From positions 2,274 to 26,273 of the forward strand of contig JAAUOU010000049.1 in assembly GCA_012034765.1 (NCBI GenBank): a stretch of DNA of 24,000 nt. Direction: 5' to 3'. This document shows, one piece after another, positions 19,486 to 24,000 of the stretch (position 1 is the first letter of the stretch; the number at the start of each line of letters is the position of its first letter). Position numbers and translations under genes: made by a program. The notes beneath the pieces are model-generated. The model was not told the origin of the DNA and ran no database searches. It saw nothing but the letters and a program-made list of their open reading frames with translations. The stretch comes from Hyellaceae cyanobacterium CSU_1_1 (GTDB lineage Bacteria; Cyanobacteriota; Cyanobacteriia; Cyanobacteriales; Xenococcaceae).

Positions 19486-21772
19486 ATGAACGTTAATACA
19501 GGTGGCGGTAGTCCCATTGTTAACCCGCAACTATATCAAACAACACCTCTTGCCGTAATTTCTCAAGCCGAACAGCAGGATCGTTTGCCAAAACAAAGTG
19601 AACTCAATCGACTTGCCAGTTATTTTAGCTCTGGTACAAAGTTATTAGAAATTGTCGATACCCTGAATCAGAATGCCGATGCAATCGTGGCTGCTGGGGG
19701 CGATCGCATTTTCTCTGGCGGTAATTCGATGGACTATCTAGAAAAGCCTAAAGAATTAGTCGATTTGCCTGGTTATGTAAAACCTATCACTGTTGCTAGT
19801 GCTGCGGTTGCCAAAGCAAATGCTACTCAGAATCAGAATAAATTTAAGACTTTTCCCGAGTCTCGATCTTTAATTAAAGGTCGTACCTTCAACTTTGTCG
19901 AATTGTTAATGGAAATAGTTTATCGACTCCAAGCAACAGGCAAAGAACCACTGCCAGGAGGATTCAGACCGATCAATATCTCTCGTTATGGCGAAAGAAG
20001 AATGAAGCGGTCAATGCGAGACTTAGGTTGGTTTCTACGCTATATTACCTATGCGATCGTGGCTGATGATCCGAGTATTTTGGTAGTAAATGCCAGAGGA
20101 CTACGGGGTGTCATTCCTGAAGATGTCACCGTAGCTACTATAGTCGCTCTCAAAGAAATGTGCTGGAAGTCTTTGAGCTATTTTCCCGATCATGAAGAGG
20201 CAAAAGATACTATCAAATATTACTTTTATGTCTTAATTAAAGAATACGAAGTTGAAAAGCCTGCTGCCAAATTGCGAGTAGGTGTATCCAATGACCAACA
20301 GGGACTAGAGTTACCCCAAAGTTATTCCTTAGCAGCAGAATCACGACCAAAGTTTGTGATGAAACACAACGCCTCGGCGATAGAAAAGCAAGCAGTAGTT
20401 AAAGCAGCTTATCGACAAGTATTTAAATGCGACATCGATCGCACCTACGGCATTACTTTTAAACAATTGGAGTCTCAGGTTACGGGTAGCAATACCTCGG
20501 TGAAAGAGTTTATTCGCAGCTTGGGTAAAACTCGTCTCTATCGTCGCTTGTTTTACGAACCATACACCATTTCTAGAGTGATCGAACTGGCATTTCGGCA
20601 CTTTTTTGGGACGGGGTTTGAGTTCGATAGAAGAGTTTCAAGATTACTTTGAAATCATGGCTCGTGGTGGTTTACCAGCTTTGATTGACGCTTTAGTGGA
20701 CTCTGCCGAATACGCTGATTATTTTGGTGAAGAAACTGTTCCCTATCTGCGAGGTTTGGGTCAAGAAGCTCAAGAATGCCGTAATTGGGGAGCGCAGCTA
20801 AATCTATTCAAATATAGTGCTGCGGTGCGAAAAGTACCTCAATTTGTCACGATGTTTGGCAACTATCAACAACCTCTATCCAACCAGCATCCCTACGGTG
20901 TGGGCAATGATCCTTTAGAAACTCAATTTGGTGCAGTTTTCCCAAGTGAAACCAACAATCCTTATGCTCAACCAGCATCCTTTAATAAAGATCATCACCG
21001 TCTGCTGCTACATTCTAGTTCAAGAATTCAAAATGTAACTAATAATTACTCTTCAAAAGAGATTTTAAAACAAAGCCAAAATGATAACAAACATCGGCAG
21101 CGAAATATTAATCTCTCAAATCATTCTGTTGAAGCCATCATTACAGGAGTATATCGGCAGGTTTTGGGACGTGAGCCTTTTTCTGGTCAACATTTAACCG
21201 TAGCTGAAACCAAACTAAGAAATAGTGAAATTAGCGTCCGTGAGTTTGTCCGACAGTTAGCTAAATCCTCCTGGTTTCGTAATTTGTATTGGGATAATCT
21301 TTATATTACTAAAGCGATCGAGTGTATTCATCGGCGTTTATTAGGTCGTCCTACCTACGGACGTGGGGAAATGAATCGATATTACGATCTTTGCTCCAAA
21401 AAAGGCTTTTATGCTCTAGTTGATGAAATCTTAGACAGTGATGAATACTTAGAAGTGTTTGGCGAAGATATAGTCCCCTACGAACGTTATCTAACCCCCA
21501 GAGGTTGGGCAAGGCGATCGCTCTCTCAACCGATTAACTGGTCACAGGCTCAACTAGATCGTCAGCATACTGCGGGAGAAGTTATAGCCGAAAAAATTAG
21601 GGAAGATCGCGATCGTCTGACCAGATTAGCATCCCAAAGCAACGGTCATGTTCGCGATCGAGTAGCAGAACAAACATCCTTAAAAACAATTGAGGACAGT
21701 AAGGAGCCAGTTACTAACTCCAATTCAATTCCAGTTGAACTCGAACCAGAAAAGCTAAAAGCTGATAGCTAA
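19486..21772 (+). CDS. apcE2: Far-red core-membrane linker ApcE2, about 761 aa after correction, with a +1 frameshift in the T-run 20602-20607
   Basis: [50 protein letters not shown]...; the first ORF ends at 20652 and the second opens at 20606. Removing one T gives ...[35 protein letters not shown].... Two linker repeats follow the phycobilin domain. Confidence 0.9.
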
Positions 21773-21829
21773 GAGCTGATAGCTTAAAACTAATCAACAA
21801 ACAACATAGTATTTTAACTTTTCACCAAT

Positions 21830-22390
21830 ATGAGTATAGTCAAACAAATGATTATTAACGCCGATGAAGAACTCCGCTATCCAAGTCTTAGCGAAATTAA
21901 TCAGCTACAAAATTTCTGCCAAACAGGAACAAACAGAATTAGGATTGCGAGAATTTTAGCTGACAATGAAACCAGGCTCGTACAAAGAGGCTCTCGTAAA
22001 TTCTGGAAACGCCGACCTATAACTCCTAGTAATAGTGGGAATCTGAGAAAGACTAATTCCTGTCAGCGCGATCAGGGTTGGTATATTCGTTTAATTGCTT
22101 ACTGTGTGTTGGCTGGAAACAATCAGCCACTTGATGAAATAGGAATAGTTGGCATGAGAGAAATGTATCAATCTTTAGGAATCCCTCTAGGAAACTGGGT
22201 AGAAGCATTAATCTGCCTGAAGGAAGAGGCGATCGCTCTATTAAATAATGAAGATGCAGATGAGGTTATTCCCTATTTTGATCGTATTATTCAAGCTTTG
22301 ATTAATCCTGGTCCTCCTTATCGCATTATCGAGCTAGAAAGATCTGGAGGCAGTATGAGTTCACAAACAGCTTTTTCAAACAGCCTCTGA
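21830..22390 (+). CDS. Allophycocyanin alpha-type subunit (ApcD-like) with a C-terminal extension, 186 aa
   Basis: MSIVKQMIINADEELRYPSLSEINQLQNF...ITPSNSGNLRKTNSCQRDQGWYIRLIAYCVLAGNNQ...FDRIIQAL then NPGPPYRIIELERSGGSMSSQTAFSNSL. Confidence 0.87.
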   Translation: MSIVKQMIINADEELRYPSLSEINQLQNFCQTGTNRIRIARILADNETRLVQRGSRKFWKRRPITPSNSGNLRKTNSCQRDQGWYIRLIAYCVLAGNNQPLDEIGIVGMREMYQSLGIPLGNWVEALICLKEEAIALLNNEDADEVIPYFDRIIQALINPGPPYRIIELERSGGSMSSQTAFSNSL

Positions 22391-22460
22391 GATTTCTTTA
22401 AGGAGAGAAGTAACACTTTGTAATTATTGTGAACATTCCTTAACGGGACTTAAACAAAAA

Positions 22461-22748
22461 TCAAGCCCAAACAAAGCCCAAGCTGGCTTTATAAGCTATG
22501 AATACATCACGATTTTGGTTGAGCCATTGGACAAAACGGTAAGATATAGCTGTACGAAATGCCTCTAATGCTTCAGGAAATGTATCTAAACGGTCAGCTT
22601 TTGTGTGTGAATACTCATACACAAAACGTGACCTAGGTTTGTTCGCCCAACGCCTTCTTAATCCCCCAGTAAGCTTATGCCATAGAATAAAAGTATACGC
22701 ACAAAAAACGAGAATAAAGGCGTTGAGCCGAGATACGTGTAAAATCAT
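22461..22748 (-). pseudogene. IS701-like transposase C-terminal remnant
   Basis: RLNAFILVFCAYTFILWHKLTGGLRRRWANKPRSRFVYEYSHTKADRLDTFPEALEAFRTAISYRFVQWLNQNRDVFIAYKASLGFVWA resembles the transposase C-terminus only; no N-terminal or catalytic part nearby. Confidence 0.6.
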
Positions 22749-22791
22749 GCCACATCTGCCTGTAATCTATGCCTGACATACCTTTCAGCTT

Positions 22792-23715
22792 TTACTGCCA
22801 AGCAATCTGCTCCACATCTCTCTGAAGGTCTTCACTCGTTCCACGAACATAAACCATTGTCGTATCTAGAGAATCATGTCCCATAATTTGAGCCAAACGA
22901 TGCAAAGGAACAGTTTCCGCCATGCGATAACCGAAACGATGACGTAAATCGTGAGGACTAACATCTTCAACCCCAGCAATTCGGGCATATTTATCAACTA
23001 AATATCCCAAGGCACGAGTAGTTATCGTAGTTTTTGTTTTCCGAGAAACAAATAGCCAACTACCTGTTACCGTAGGGAGATATTCTGACAACACCTTTCT
23101 AGCTGTCGCATTGAGAGGAACTTCTCGATACTTGTTTCGTTTGCCATAAACCTGTAGATAGCCACCGCGTTTTCTTAAATGAATATGCTCGCTCTTTAGC
23201 TGACAAACCTCTGCTGCTCTCAAACCCGTATGAAGCATTAAGATTATAATTGCCCTATCTCTGAATAAACCATGACTTGTGACTGCTGAGACAAGTGCCG
23301 ATTCTTCCGCATCGTTGATTTGACGGGGTGAAGATTTCATCAAAGGAATTAATTTAACTACTGTCGCAGGATTGTTAGTAATCTTTTTCAAGTCAACAGC
23401 CCAAGAAAAATAAGATTTGAGAGTTACCAAATAACGATTGATAGAAGCAGGAGCTAATTTTAGTTGAGATTGAAGATAACTGCGATAACGAATTAAAGTA
23501 GGGGTAGTAATTTGCTCTAGTTGAAAACCAACCCTTATTGCTTCAGAAGATTTGATACTTTTGGTTTCATACCAAACTATAAAGGAGTGTAGATCGGATA
23601 AATAATTACGAATCGTTACAGGACTAATATCTCTTTGCCCACATAGATATGATTTGTAGTCGGCTAATTCCTGACGACTTGATAGCGATAAAGATGAGAT
23701 AGCACCAGGTTTCAT
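22792..23715 (-). CDS. Tyrosine recombinase/phage-type integrase (XerC/D-like; possible Tn3-family TnpI/TnpS-type resolvase), 307 aa
   Basis: SAM-like N-terminus (LADYKSYLCGQRDISPVTIRNYLSDLHSF) and catalytic motifs TGLRAAEVC, HDLRHRFG, GHDSLDTTMVYV (R..HxxR..H..Y). Confidence 0.92.
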   Translation of the reverse strand: MKPGAISSLSLSSRQELADYKSYLCGQRDISPVTIRNYLSDLHSFIVWYETKSIKSSEAIRVGFQLEQITTPTLIRYRSYLQSQLKLAPASINRYLVTLKSYFSWAVDLKKITNNPATVVKLIPLMKSSPRQINDAEESALVSAVTSHGLFRDRAIIILMLHTGLRAAEVCQLKSEHIHLRKRGGYLQVYGKRNKYREVPLNATARKVLSEYLPTVTGSWLFVSRKTKTTITTRALGYLVDKYARIAGVEDVSPHDLRHRFGYRMAETVPLHRLAQIMGHDSLDTTMVYVRGTSEDLQRDVEQIAWQ

Positions 23716-23762
23716 AGCTATAAAATTGCCAATTAATTCATTAATGCTACTCAGAAATAACC

Positions 23763-23844
23763 TTAGCAGACATTAAAAATTGAGGTTAACGGTAGCATTA
23801 GCAGACATAAACGGTAAGATTATGGCAGTTTTATGTCTGCTAAT
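23763..23844. repeat. Three copies of TTAGCAGACATwAA (two direct, one inverted) upstream of the recombinase
   Basis: ttagcagacattaa 23763-23776; attagcagacataaa 23798-23812; tttatgtctgctaat 23830-23844 (15-bp perfect inverse of the second). Confidence 0.75.
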
Positions 23845-23894
23845 ATCAGTTATCAGACAAGACGAAAACCTAATAATAATGGAGGTGATGAGAA

Positions 23895-24000
23895 ATCACA
23901 TCAATCGAGCGTACTGCTTACCCTCGCTTTAAGCCCAATCCCAGTAATAAAGAATTAATCGAACTTTACACTCCAACCGAAGCAGAAATTAAATTAGCTA
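23895..24000 (+). CDS. Probable Tn3-family transposase (TnpA) N-terminus, truncated by the right edge
   Basis: Frame open to the edge: (I)TSIERTAYPRFKPNPSNKELIELYTPTEAEIKLA. SD GGAGGTG at 23881-23887, but the first codon is ATC rather than ATG. Confidence 0.5.
   Translation, partial: MTSIERTAYPRFKPNPSNKELIELYTPTEAEIKLA

Noticed and set aside
1-24000. Frequent GCGATCGC / GCGATCG octamers as a possible regulatory motif
   Set aside because: This is the HIP1 palindrome, abundant throughout many cyanobacterial genomes and present inside coding regions here; not specific to this system.
1-24000. CRISPR array or tRNA/rRNA genes
   Set aside because: No regularly spaced direct repeats and no cloverleaf or rRNA-like sequence were seen on reading.

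Overview
The window is most of a cyanobacterial far-red light photoacclimation (FaRLiP) cluster. Minus strand: psaA2 and the 5' part of psaB2, which is cut by the left edge. Plus strand: rfpB-rfpA-rfpC regulators, an extra degenerate receiver gene, a far-red D1 gene (psbA3), chlF (chlorophyll f synthase, super-rogue PsbA), psbC2, psbD3, psbB2, psbH2, and far-red allophycocyanin genes (apcD-like, apcB2, apcD-like, apcE2, apcD-like). The right flank is mobile DNA: an IS701-like transposase remnant, a tyrosine recombinase, and a probable Tn3-family tnpA start reading off the right edge. The main non-coding signal is a leader element present three times, upstream of psaA2, psbA3 and chlF. It has an invariant 16-nt core (TGGCCTCGGAAACCGC) inside flanking stems whose sequences differ but still pair, followed by a hairpin that would mask the ribosome binding site. 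Other points of interest: three single-base frameshifts (rfpB, psbB2, apcE2), three unnamed small membrane-protein ORFs among the PSII genes, a family of short hairpins in intergenic spacers, and repeated motifs between the recombinase and the Tn3-like ORF. All calls are from reading the sequence; no search or folding program was run.
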